Assembly (NCBI GenBank): GCA_002269645.1
Contig: NIVC01001585.1
Coordinates: 186,001 to 250,000, forward strand
DNA length: 64,000 nucleotides
Origin: Macrostomum lignano
Lineage: Eukaryota
Direction of reading: 5' to 3'
The position numbers and the translations under genes are program-made. The notes under the pieces are model-generated. The model was given only the letters and a program-made list of their open reading frames with translations. It did not search any database and had not been told where the DNA came from. Within the stretch, counting starts at the first letter, position 1, and each line of letters begins with the position of its first letter. Positions 1 through 13,300 of the stretch are shown piece after piece.

Positions 1-1002
1 TCAGTCATGACTGAGATTCTCATCAAGGCCAAAATGGGGTGTCAGTCATGACTGAGAGTCTGAGACAAAGGACAAAAGTATATTGGTTACCATATCAATA
101 TTTACCCATGAGTGGCTTTTTATTGAATTATTGATTAGCAAAGTGGCTGTGCAATCAGTCATATTAAGAGTCAATCTCGTGACCGTCAGATAGCAATCAG
201 TCTGTTTTTGTGCCCACTACAGTGGCTAATCAAGCATATAGCATGCAGGCTAACTAATCACAGCGCCGTAATCCAGCATCCTCTTTGCTAATTAAGTTAA
301 TGCAATATTTTTATTTGCTTCCGTAAGACCCCTGGATTTGTAATTACTTATAGGCTTTTGGCTTAACTCAACTTGAACAATCTTATCAGTGCGGTCCAAA
401 TTAATACAATATAAAGTGAATATGCGGTGCCTGTCAGTCAATCGAGTCAATGTTTATTGCATATTGTATGAGGGGTTCAAGCTCCAAAATCCACGACCCT
501 CCATGTCGTATGCACGGCTATGTGCCTTACTCAGCGTTAAATCAGCTAGTAAAATAGAATTGTAACTTTGTCAGTCTGGTTCTATCTCGAGATTCAAGTG
601 TTAATGATTATCTTGAATCACGCGAGTGCTTCGTGATGTTTTTTTTCTAGCACCTGTCACAGGTGTGGGAACAATGAGCTATATGGGTAGTGCGATTTTC
701 AGAGAAACTCTAATTCAGACCAGTGCGCTCAGATCTAGAGAATTTTGGTCCTAGATTGACTTTGTTGGCGTAGCTGACTTATTTTTATAAGCGCTACTAG
801 GTAAACTACTATATGTAAGTAGTATGTAGAGATTAAGAAATGCTATTTTGCAGCTTAAGTCTAATAACTTTTGGATGTGAGCGTTTCCTATTATATCACA
901 ACTATACAAGCTCGATATTTTTATCTTCAATATTTAAGGTTTTTGTTAAAGTCACTTATTCAAAAGTTTTCGCTCAAGTTTTCGAGGTTAGCTGGTTAGT
1001 GA

Positions 1003-3722
1003 AACTTTGAGCTTGATCTAAATTTCGAGTTCAATGAAATTTTGAGCTTGATGAAGTTTACAGCTTGATGAATTTTCGAGCTTGATGAAGTTTCAAGCTT
1101 GATGAAGTTTGAGTTCAATATGAAGTTTCGAGCTTGATGAAGTTCGAGTTCAATCTGAAGTTTCGAGCTTGATGAAGTTTGAGTTCAATATGAAGTTTCG
1201 AGCTTGATGAAGTTCGAGTTCAATCTGAAGTTTCGAGCTTGATGAAGTTTGAGTTCAATATGAAGTTTCGAGCTTGATGAAGTTCGAGTTCAATCTGAAG
1301 TTTCGAGCTTGATGAAGTTCGAGTTCAATCTGAAGTTTCGAGCTTGATGAAGTTCGAGTTCAATATGAAGTTTCGAGCTTGATGAAGTTTCAAGCTTGAT
1401 GAAGTTTGAGTTCAATATGAAGTTTCGAGCTTGATGAAGTTCGAGTTCAATCTGAAGTTTCGAGCTTGATGAAGTTCGAGTTCAATATGAAGTTTCGAGC
1501 TTGATGAAGTTCAAGTTCAATCTGAAGTTTCGAGCTTGATGAAGTTCGAGTTCAATATGAAGTTTCGAGCTTGATGAAGTTCGAGTTCAATATGAAGTTT
1601 CGAGCTTGATGAAGTTTCAAGCTTGATGAAGTTTGAGTTCAATATGAAGTTTCGAGCTTGATGAAGTTCGAGTTCAATCTGAACTTTCGAGCTTGATGAA
1701 GTTCGAGTTCAATATGAAGTTTCGAGCTTGATGAAGTTCGAGTTCAATCTGAAGTTTCGAGCTTGATGAAGTTCGAGTTCAATATGAAGTTTCGAGCTTG
1801 ATGAAGTTTCAAGCTTGATGAAGTTTGAGTTCAATATGAAGTTTCGAGCTTGATGAAGTTCGAGTTCAATCTGAAGTTTCGAGCTTGATGAAGTTCGAGT
1901 TCAATATGAAGTTTCGAGCTTGATGAAGTTCAAGTTCAATCTGAAGTTTCGAGCTTGATGAAGTTCGAGTTCAATATGAAGTTTCGAGCTTCATGAAGTT
2001 CGAGTTCAAGTTCAATATGAAGTTTCGAGCTTGATGAAGTTTCAAGCTTGATGAAGTTTGAGTTCAATATGAAGTTTCGAGCTTGATGAAGTTCGAGTTC
2101 AATCTGAACTTTCGAGCTTGATGAAGTTCGAGTTCAATATGAAGTTTCGAGCTTGATGAAGTTCGAGTTCAATCTGAAGTTTCGAGCTTGATGAAGTTCG
2201 AGTTCAATCTGAAGTTTCGAGCTTGATGAAGTTCGAGTTCAATATGAAGTTTCGAGCTTGATGAAGTTCGAGTTCAATATGAAGTTTCGAGCTTGATGAA
2301 GTTCGAGTTCAATATGAAGTTTCGAGCTTGATGAAGTTCGAGTTCAATAAGAAATTTCGAGCTTGATGAAGTTCGAGTTCAATCTGAAGTTTCGAGCTTG
2401 ATGAAGTTTGAGTTCAATATGAAGTTTCGAGCTTGATGAAGTTCGAGTTCAATATGAAGTTTCGAGCTTGATGAAGTTCGAGTTCAATCTGAAGTTTCGA
2501 GCTTGATGAAGTTTGAGTTCAATATGAAGTTTCGAGCTTGATGAAGTTCGAGTTCAATCTGAAGTTTCGAGCTTGATGAAGTTCAAGTTCAATATGAAGT
2601 TTCGAGCTTGATGAAGTTCGAGTTCAATCTGAAGTTTCGAGCTTGATGAAGTTCGAGTTCAATCTGAAGTTTCGAGCTTGATGAAGTTCGAGTTCAATCT
2701 GAAGTTTCGAGCTTGATGAAGTTCGAGTTCAATCTGAAGTTTCGAGCTTGATGAAGTTCGAGTTCAATCTGAAGTTTCGAGCTTGATGAAGTTCGAGTTC
2801 AATCTGAAGTTTCGAGCTTTATGAAGTTTGAGTTCAATCTGAAGTTTCGAGCTTGATGAAGTTCAAGTTCAATATGAAGTTTCGAGCTTGATGAAGTTCG
2901 AGTTCAATATGAAGTTTCAAGCTTGATGAAGTTTGAGTTCAATATGAAGTTTCGAGCTTGATGAAGTTCGAGTTCAATCTGAAGTTTCGAGCTTGATGAA
3001 GTTCGAGTTCAATATGAAGTTTCGAGCTTGATGAAGTTCAAGTTCAATCTGAAGTTTCGAGCTTGATGAAGTTCGAGTTCAATATGAAGTTTCGAGCTTG
3101 ATGAAGTTCGAGTTCAATATGAAGTTTCGAGCTTGATGAAGTTTCAAGCTTGATGAAGTTTGAGTTCAATATGAAGTTTCGAGCTTGATGAAGTTCGAGT
3201 TCAATCTGAAGTTTCGAGCTTGATGAAGTTCGAGTTCAATATGAAGTTTCGAGCTTGATGAAGTTCGAGTTCAATCTGAAGTTTCGAGCTTGATGAAGTT
3301 CGAGTTCAATCTGAAGTTTCGAGCTTGATGAAGTTCGAGTTCAATATGAAGTTTCGAGCTTGATGAAGTTCGAGTTCAATATGAAGTTTCGAGCTTGATG
3401 AAGTTCGAGTTCAATCTGAAGTTTCGAGCTTGATGAAGTTTGAGTTCAATATGAAGTTTCGAGCTTGATGAAGTTCGAGTTCAATATGAAGTTTCGAGCT
3501 TGATGAAGTTCGAGTTCAATCTGAAGTTTCGAGCTTGATGAAGTTTGAGTTCAATATGAAGTTTCGAGCTTGATGAAGTTCGAGTTCAATCTGAAGTTTC
3601 GAGCTTGATGAAGTTCGAGTTCAATATGAAGTTTCGAGCTTGATGAAGTTCAAGTTCAATATGAAGTTTCGAGCTTGATGAAGTTCAAGTTCAATATGAA
3701 GTTTCGAGCTTGATGAAACTTC
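1003..3722 (+). repeat. 35-bp tandem satellite (GAAGTTTCGAGCTTGAT + GAAGTTCGAGTTCAAT[A/C]T; dimer of related 17/18-bp subunits), about 75 units, probably intronic to the ChaC gene
   Basis: Period read directly (AGTTCGAGTTCAATCTG at 1141 and 1211 = 2 x 35). Ends about 85 bp before the ChaC acceptor at 3805. Confidence 0.97.
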
Positions 3723-3805
3723 GAATTGTTGAGGAGATTTTGGGTTGAACTTAATGAAATTTCAACTTCAATAAATCAGCTTGACTGCTGCTGGCACAAT
3801 TACAG

Positions 3806-4973
3806 CCGGGCCGAGTGGCCACGCTGATTGAGGCCAAGCCGGGAACAGTCGAGGAAAACCCGTCCAACATTGCCATCACCTCGGGCTGCACATCGCCTCT
3901 GGTCTGGGGCGTAGCCTACGAACTTCGCGGCTTAGCGGACATCCGGTCGGCACTGGCTCATCTGGCCGAGCGAGAGATGATCCTCGGAGGCTACCGGTTC
4001 GACTGCGTGCAGTTCTATCCGTACCTGGGCAGGCGGGCCAAGCCCGAGGACGTGGCCGCCGCTGCCTACAGCGTGCAGGTCTACATTGCCGAGCCTGGCA
4101 ACGATCAGTACCTGGGCTCTGCGCCTCTGGATATACAGGTGTGTGCTGCGCCTTTATCCCCTCCCAGTCCCTACCTTGATTTTCCCGTTGAAAACGTTAC
4201 TGTGACAAAAATCGCTACAGAGTCTTTGTAAGCACCTCACTAGTGACTACTCTAGCGACTCAAACGACGTCAATGCGATGGAGAGGCGACTGTCACGAGT
4301 CACGAGCGCATCACGTGACTTGTTGTAGAATAGTAAAAGAGTCGTCGTTTTAGCGCTCTTCTACTGACTCATTAGTGGACTAAAATCGAGTTGTTATAAA
4401 TGCTACGTGCGATTCTCTTAAATTGATTTTTAGGTGACTCTTTGACGACCTTTTTATCGACTTGTACCGTGACATCTCGTCGTTGTAGAGTCGTCTAGAG
4501 TCACTTCTTTCCTATTTTACCTGTGTTACCTGCAACCACTCTGAGGCGACGCTGTTTGGCCTAGGTACCGTTTGCATCGGGTCTCCCCTTCATTATACAT
4601 CCATCTCCCTCTGCCTTCTCACTTGTTTCCAATTTGCCACCTTTATCCTAATCCAATCAAGGCCTATCAAATCGCCCGAGCGGAGGGCTTCTGCGGCAGA
4701 AACATCGAATACGTGAAAAAGGTGGCGGTCTTCATGCTCGAAGAGGTGCCCAACGGTCAGGACAAGGATCGGCACGTTTTTGAGCTTGTCAGACGGGCCG
4801 AAGCGTTTCTGTACGAAGAGGACGACCTGACTGAGGAGCAGAAAGCTCTGATGCCAGTGAGAGTGCTGTGCCCGCACGGTGACCATCAGCTTCGCGAGGC
4901 CAACGCCAAGTGCACCTGCCAACTGGCTGACCGGCGCTACAGCGACGAGGTGCTGCGTGACGTCATTCTGTAA
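3806..4973 (+). CDS. CHAC1: ChaC-family glutathione-specific gamma-glutamylcyclotransferase, CHAC1-like; 5'-partial. Exons 3806-4138 and 4662-4973
   Basis: Acceptor ttacag|CCG gives PGRVATLIE...VWGVAYEL...HLAEREMILGGY...FYP...VYIA..GN..YLG.APL. The phase-0 intron GT4139..AG4661 joins to AYQIARAEGFCGRNIEY...DRHVFEL, stop at 4971-4973. These are hallmark ChaC motifs, and RExxLGGY plus GFxGxNxEY fit CHAC1 better than CHAC2. The N-terminal FGYGSL/WQGS exons were not found in the window. Confidence 0.88.
4243..4504. mobile_element. Possible MITE-like non-coding insertion with imperfect ~27-bp terminal inverted repeats, inside a ChaC intron
   Basis: Left arm 4243-4269 GTGACTACTCTAGCGACTCAAACGACG. 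Reverse complement of the right arm 4478-4504 is GTGACTCTAGACGACTCTACAACGACG. No clear target-site duplication. Confidence 0.35.
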
Positions 4974-7339
4974 TTTACCGGGATTTGGAGTCATTCTAAT
5001 GGAACCATTGCAGTCTGTTTTTGCGGGATCTTAGCAGCTTGCCTTAGCTGTGCACATCTGTGGCTCTTTCAATGGAATTTACAGAAACAGTTGGAAATCT
5101 TCCAAGTACATAGTTCAAGAGTGGAATCTGCTGAACATGTATTATTCTGCTAAGCAATACAATTAGTTTTTCTGGTGCTGGGCATATAAAGTACCATATG
5201 AACTTAAGTAACAATTATTTTAAATTGAAAATTGAAAATTGGCTGTTCTAGAGCACTGCTTGACAATACTCCTATAATGTTAATAGTATTAACTATATAA
5301 TTTGTTCGATGGTCTGCTATTTGAGTTTAATAAAATGTTTTGAATTTTGAGTTAAGTTACTTTGCTGAATTATCTTAACATATCTTTAATTAAGCCGGGA
5401 ATGACACTAGTCAGCCATACTCATGTTTGATTTCTAGAACTCTTTGTTTCATGCAGCATTATTAATAATAATTTAATTCATTTTTCTCTTGTCGCCTTGT
5501 GAAGCTACACAAAATTGCGTTATAATGCTTCTTTTATTTGTGTATTATTTAAAAGTACACAGCATTATATTTGATGCAATTCGAAAAAGCTGCTGGATTT
5601 TAAATTACAAGGACGCTGAGTTACTCCCTCTCTGAAGAATGACCCTATATGGATGCAAACTTCTCCGTTCGAAGCTGCTTATATTAATTGTTTTAGGATA
5701 ATAACAAATGATTGCTTCAATTAAATAGCTTTTAAATTTTATCAACACTCATACAATTCGCGTTCATTTTTACTTATATAAATAAGTATTTGTAATAGTC
5801 GTAGTATGTAATCAGTCTGAGAAGTTAATTGTTAATGCAAAATATAAAGTTAAAAGTTGATGTTTCCATTGATTCACGTTGGTGTGGATATCGTCATTTA
5901 CGTTGTAAGCTACTGGAATGTTCATACAGTATACAATCAATGTAGATATATGTACAAGTAAAGATTAGATTATATATTCGTCTGAATTGTGTTGTGTACA
6001 TGCATGTACATTTTTCGAAAATTAATTAAATGCTTTTTCTCGTATTGGATATGCAAATAAAATCACTTACTTCGTGATGCCATTTGCATGTACATTACAC
6101 GAACAAAAAGTGCCTATTATTTAGTATACTGGTGTAAGGACTGTGCATGCATACAATAATGATCTTACGAGCGTATCTTACGACTACAAATTACTACATT
6201 TATTTGTCTAAACCCGATTTTTAGTGAGGGTTAATAGAATAAGTTATGTACAATCAAACAGACTTTCAGAAGGAACTGTGTTGCCATCACTACTAAAATG
6301 GCATCCAAGACATACATGTAAATTTCCATTTTCTAATTCATAGATAGGATTTTTCTCGCTAAGCTCTTAATGTACTTGAAATTACTATTTAGTATTTTAA
6401 TGAGATTGTTTTCAAAGCCCTGTGAGATACTATATGATAACTATCAAGCCGCCTTTTTCAGGCTTTTGTCGATGAATATAAGATATTGCATAAATTAGAT
6501 GCTAGGCAGTTCCCCGGACGTTTAAAAATCAAATAAAATTATTAAAAATGTGCTTTACCCTGCTAAATATAAACACATAACCAATGAACAGTATAAACTT
6601 CATATGTAAAAATTATTTTTCTATATTATAGGATACGTTTGTTAAAATATTTTCTGACAGAAATAAAATTTACGAACATTTTTAAAAGCTATCGCTCACG
6701 TGTGTCGCTCGTGTCGCGTTTATTGAGCTCGTGCTTAAAGATCTTGCAACAGTACTGCAACATAGTTTTCTTAGCTAAAAGTTATACTGTTATTTGCTGT
6801 AACCTTCTTTATTGTTATTAAAATTGCTAAATTGTTGCTGTATTTGAATTATCGTGTGCTTAAATTTTTTAGCCAAGCACATGTAACGAACAGAGTTAGG
6901 AAGTTATTGACAAACTTCAGATTCAAATAAAATTTGCTATAATTGTTACGAATTCCGAGGGTAAGGTAAGAATGGAAAATGTTAATAAATTATTAAATTT
7001 TATCAAATTCGAGACAATTAAATAGCACCACTGGCTTTATTATATAAGTATAAAAGCCTGCGGTTTATACAGGCATAGTATTAATACAATTCTAATGCAT
7101 GTACATGAAACTTAATTCTAGATATGTATAGATATAAATGCATAATATACACTTACGAATGTATAAATACATATTTATCCCCATGTAATATTCCTAGGAC
7201 ACCTTAATGCACAGGGTCTTAAAAAAATATTTTATTGTAGAAAAACTGAATATTTAATGTTTTTATCAATTCATTTAAAAACAGAATATTTCAATTAACT
7301 TAACTTTTAACTCTAGGTGCACATGATTTTGGCTGAATA

Positions 7340-10300
7340 ATGTTGTTATTGACTCTGCTTTTGCTATTGGGTAAGTTTTTAAACTTAATTTCTCTCTTAT
7401 ATTTAAAAGCTTCTTTATTACATATAAGAATACTCAAATATCTGCCTTTCTTTTACAACATCTACAGCAAAAGAGTCTATTAATCAGAAAATTGGATCTA
7501 TTCCACAAACTGAATTCAACAACTTGCAAGACATCAGTTGTCAAAAATCACAGTCAGCATTAGCTACAGCCTATGTTCAAAGGCTGTCACTCAGTTCAGC
7601 GCAGCACATGCTTGCTGAGGCCATCCCATTGACCTGTCGCCCTGGCTTCAGCCCACTCATTCGCCAAGTCCTGCTCGGTTGTCAAGCGGAAGGCAAAGCT
7701 CGGATTGCCATTTCTAGGCCAAGCCTGGCTCTGGTGGCTGACACCTGCCGTAAGGAGGACATCGACAATTTTGGCAGGCTCAGCGGACTGAACGGCTGTC
7801 GACTAGCTCTGCAGGACTTTTGCGGTGCCGGCGGGTGTCCTCAGGGAAACTTCACTGCTCAAGTTGACTTTGTCTGCTATAGGCGTGAGTTAGTTGGAAA
7901 CATGTCTGTTAGTCCGAAATGTCCTATCGAAATTATGAAAGAAGAGCTTAAACTATCGCTATTGGTACAATCAGAATTGTACCAATCCCATAGGAAGATC
8001 CCACCCAAATTATCCCCACAGAGATCCCAACAAAATTATCCCTACAGTGAGTTCAACTAAATTATCCCCACACAGAGATCCCAACAAAATTATCCCTACA
8101 GTGAGTCCAACTAAATTATCCCCACACAGAGATCCCACCGAAATTATCACCAGTCAGAAATTCCATTGAGATATCCCCAAAGAGATCCCAATCAAATTAT
8201 CCCTTTGGAGAGATCCCACCGAAGCTATCCCCTTAGAGAGATCTCACCGAACTTATCCCAACCCAGAGATCCCACCCAAGTTATCTTACAGAGAGATCCC
8301 ATCCAAATGATCCCACACAGAGATCCCACCTAAATTATCCCCTTCGAGACATCCCACCGAAATTATCCCACAGAGGAATCCACCCAAATGATCCCCACAA
8401 AGAGATCCCACAGAGAGATCCCATCCAAATGATCCCACACAGAGATCCCACTCAAATGATCCCACAAAGAGATCCCACCTAAATTTTTACCTCAGAGACA
8501 TCCCAACGAAATTATCCCCTTAGAGAGATCCCACCCAAATTATCCTCCAAAGAACGCATAAAAATTTCCCTTACTTATCGCATGTAAGTAATTCCCAAAC
8601 TTCCCCTTTTAAATAATCCCCAACCATCTCAGGCTCGGGTCGCTACAGACTCTGCAACCAACAACTGACTTTGTCAAGACTCGATCAGCTGATCGAAGCC
8701 GCTCCGTCTCCAACCGAATTAAACGAATCGTGCGACGGTCAACTGAGCGTTTCTGAATCGCCGTCAGTTGCTGTACTTTTAACGATACTCGATATGCGTT
8801 TGAAGGCGACCATTCTGCCCAATTATGGCAGCTATTTTAAGCTGATTCAAGACGGTATTTCACTGCTTCAATTAACTGATCAAGAGGCGGCAAAGCTGCC
8901 GACTTATTGGCCAATTTACTCCAGGAATGCGTCTCAATTGAGGATTCTTTATCGCTACGCTGAACAGCTGGTCGAGTTTCATCCCTATCTGATTCGAGTG
9001 CAAAGTTTGTTGCTGAATGAGGGGATCTGAATAGAAAGTGAGGGGATCTAAATAGAAACTGAGGGGATCTGAATAGAAAGTGAGGGGATCTAAATAGAAA
9101 CTGAGGGGATCTGAATAGAAACTGAGGGAATCTGAATAGAAACTGAGGGGATCTGAATAGAAACTGAGGGAATCTGAATAGAAACTGAGGGGATCTGAAT
9201 AGAAACTGAGGGAATCTGAATAGAAACTGAGGGGATCTGAATAGAAACTGAGGGAATCTGAATAGAAACCGAGGGAATCTGAATAGAAAATGGGGGATCT
9301 GAATAGAAAAGGAGGGGATCTGAATAGAAAATGGGGGATCTGAATAGAAAAGGAGGGGATCTGAATAGAAAATGGGGGATCTGAATAGAAAAGGAGGGAT
9401 CTGAATAGAAAAGGAGGGGATCTGAATAGAAAAGGAGGGGATCTGAATAGAAAAGGAGGGGATCTGAATAAAAAAGGAGGAGATCTGAATAGAAAAATGG
9501 GGGATCTGAATAGAAAATGGGGGATCTGAATAGAAAAGGAGGGGATCTGAATAAAAAATGAGGAGATCTGAATAGAAAAATGGGGGATCTGAATAGAAAA
9601 TGGGGGATCTGAATAGAAAAGGAGGGGATCTGAATAGAAAAGGAGGGGATCTGAATAGAAAAGGAGGGGATCTGAATAGAAAAGGAGGGGATCTGAATAG
9701 AAAAGGAGGGGATCTGAATAGAAAAGGAGGGGATCTGAATAAAAAAGGAGGAGATCTGAATAGAAAAATGGGGGATGTGAATAGAAAAGGAGGGGATCTG
9801 AATAGAAAAGGAGGGGATCTGAATAGAAAAATGGGGGGTCTGAATAGAAAATGGGGGATCTAAACCGTCAGCTATGCATAATACTATCACTTATCTGCAT
9901 CCTTGCAGAAGCATGTCATCTGCCTCAAACTCGATGGCCGTTAGAAGAATTCAACAACGACAACAATGTCAGTGTACTGGCTGTGTGCCATGATAAGAAC
10001 TCTGATACAATACGCATGCTAATAGGATTATCATCCACGGGTACAGACAGTCTGAAGGTGACATACAGGTGTCACTCGAACACTGGCGATCCCATTGGCC
10101 CAGCGTCAGTCTGTTTGTACCGCTACGGGCCTACGACTGATTGCGTTCGGATGGCTGTGTTAGATTCTAGTAATAGTGGCCATGGCCGTAACCGTAGCGT
10201 TGATGGTGAGTTAATTTTGTCTGCATTTTAACGTCTATGTTCGCCGGGAATAACTAGATTGTCTGGGAAGCTGGCCCCGCAACTAATGGTCTGAGAGGCA

Positions 10301-13300
10301 GGTGCAGAAGCTGAGGGTCTGGGAGGCTGGTGGCCCAGCAACTGAGGATCTGGGAGGCTGGCCCAGCAACTGAAACTCTGGGAGGCTGGCCCAGCAAGTG
10401 ACACTCTGGGAGGCTGGCCCAGCAAGTGACACTCTGGGAGGCTGGCCCAGCAACTGAGGATCTGGGAGGCTGGCCCAGCAACTGAGGATCTGGGAGGATG
10501 GCCCAGCAACTGAGGATCTGGGAGGCTGGCCCAGCGACTGACACTCTGGGAGGCTGGCCCAGCAACTGAGGATCTGGGAGGCTGGCCCAGCAACTGAGGA
10601 TCTGGGAGGCTGGCCCAGCAACTGAGGATCTGGGAGGCTGGTCCAGCAACTGAGGATCTGGGAGGCTGGCCCAGCAACTGAGGATCTGGGAGGCTGGCCC
10701 AGCGACTGACACTCTGGGAGGCTGGCCCAGCAACTGGGGATCTGGGAGGCTGGCCCAGCAACTGAGGATCCGGGAGGCTGGCCCAGCAACTGAGGATCCG
10801 GGAGGCTGGCCCAGCAACTGAGGATCCGGGAGGCTGGCCCAGCAACTGAGGATCCGGGAGGCTGGCCCAGCAACTGAGGATCCGGGAGGCTGGCCCAGCA
10901 ACTGAGGATCTGGGAGGCTGGCCCAGCAACTGAGGATCCGGGAGGCTGGCCCAGCAACTGAGGATCCGGGAGGCTGGCCCAGCAACTGAGGATCCGGGAG
11001 GCTGGCCCAGCAACTGAGGATCTGGGAGGCTGGCCCAGCAACTGAGGATCTGGGAGGCTGGCCTAGCAACTGAGGATCTGGGAGGCTGGCCCAGCAACTG
11101 AGGATCCGGGAGGCTGGCCCAGCAACTGAGGGTATGGAAGGCAGTCCAGACTAAGGTTCACTAGTCCCAGAAATAAACCAAAAAAGGTTTCCCAAGGTTT
11201 TTAGCGGCAGTCCTTCACAGAGTCCAAGCTAAATCAAAGTCGAATTAATGCAAATATAAATTTCACTGACTGACCTCTCATGGCGGCATCGGCAGTTTCG
11301 GTTAAAATTAATCGCAAGCAATTTCAAGTGTATCAAAATAAGTTAAAATTGTGGCCTTCATCTATTTTAGCTTATTGAGGCCCTGAATGTAGCAGGCGGT
11401 GTTTCAAAAACAGTTTAAAGCAAGCTATGCAGTGTTTTGAAATCTATGCAGATTTTTTATTGTTTTAACTCTAATTAGTTCCAACTCCAAGATGCAGTTC
11501 AGGCGGGTTGTTATACTCGCTGCAAATCACTGTTCTGGTGTAGGCTTCGGCTGAAAGAAAAATGGGTCGAATTAAAAATTAAGACATTGAAAAAGCGAAA
11601 TGGAGATAGAAGAGAGTCGACAGTGAGTAAATTGGGGTTAGGAGAGAAGTTGAAGACAATTAATCTTACATTGGAACGGTTTTGTAATGAAAAATTAACG
11701 TTAAATATATCAAAGAGGTACGAAGTATGGAAAATATTAAGTTAGAGGATTATTAAAAGGTATAGGAAGTTTATGAGAAGATAGGAATTAGGTTGGGAAG
11801 GAGAGAGAAAGAATGGGAGGGGAGTGAGAATGAGAGATAGGAGTGAGGAGTGAGGGAGAAAAGGGAAGATGAGAAGTCGGAAGGAGAGATAAGGAATGAG
11901 AAGGGGAGATAAGGAGTGAGAAGGGGATATAAGGAGGTAGAAGGGGATATAAGGAGGTAGAAGGGGAGATAAGGAGGTAGAAGGGGAGATAAGGAGTGAG
12001 AAGGGGAGATAAGGAGGTAGAAGGGGAGATAAGGAGTGAGAAGGGGAGATAAGGAGTGAGAAGGGGAGATAAGGAGTGGGGAGTTTGAGATAAGGAGTGA
12101 GGAGTTTGAGATAAGGAGTGAGAAGGGGATATAAGGAGGTAGAAGGGGAGATAAGGAGTGAGAAGGGGAGATAAGGAGGTAGAAGGGGAGATAAGGAGTG
12201 AGAAGGGAGATAAGGAGGTAGAAGCGGAGATAAGGAGTGAGAAGGGGATATAAGGAGGTAGAAGGGGAGATAAGGAGGTAGAAGGGGAGATAAGGAGTGA
12301 GGAGTTTGAGATAAGGAGTGAGGAGTTTGAGATAAGGAGTGAGGAGCTTGAGATAAGGAGTGAGGAGTTTGAGATAAGGAGTGAGGAGTTTGAGATAAGG
12401 AGTGAGGAGTTTGAGATAAGGAGTGAGGAGTTTGAGATAAGGAGTGAGGAGTTTGAGATAAGGAGTGATGAGTTTGAGATAAGGAGTGAGGAGTTTGAGA
12501 TAAGGAGTGAGGAGTTTGAGATAAGGAGTGAGGAGTGAGGGAGAAAAGGGAAGATGAGAAGTCGGAAGGAGAGATAAGGAATGAGAAGGGGAGATAAGGA
12601 GTGAGAAGGGGATATAAGGAGGTAGAAGGGGATATAAGGAGGTAGAAGGGGAGATAAGGAGGTAGAAGGGGAGATAAGGAGTGAGAAGGGGAGATAAGGA
12701 GGTAGAAGGGGAGATAAGGAGTGAGAAGGGGAGATAAGGAGTGAGAAGGGGAGATAAGGAGTGGGGAGTTTGAGATAAGGAGTGAGGAGTTTGAGATAAG
12801 GAGTGAGAAGGGGATATAAGGAGGTAGAAGGGGAGATAAGGAGTGAGAAGGGGAGATAAGGAGGTAGAAGGGGAGATAAGGAGTGAGAAGGGAGATAAGG
12901 AGGTAGAAGCGGAGATAAGGAGTGAGAAGGGGATATAAGGAGGTAGAAGGGGAGATAAGGAGGTAGAAGGGGAGATAAGGAGTGAGGAGTTTGAGATAAG
13001 GAGTGAGGAGTTTGAGATAAGGAGTGAGGAGCTTGAGATAAGGAGTGAGGAGTTTGAGATAAGGAGTGAGGAGTTTGAGATAAGGAGTGAGGAGTTTGAG
13101 ATAAGGAGTGAGGAGTTTGAGATAAGGAGTGAGGAGTTTGAGATAAGGAGTGATGAGTTTGAGATAAGGAGTGAGGAGTTTGAGATAAGGAGTGAGGAGT
13201 TTGAGATAAGGAGTGAGGAGTTTGAGATAAGGAGTGAGGAGTTTGAGATAAGGAGTGAGGAGTTTGAGATAAGGAGTGAGGAGTTTGAGATAAGGAGTGA

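Noticed and set aside
10326-10333. GCTGGTGG (bacterial Chi) in the 28-bp array
   Set aside because: A single variant unit, and RecBCD Chi has no established meaning in an animal genome.
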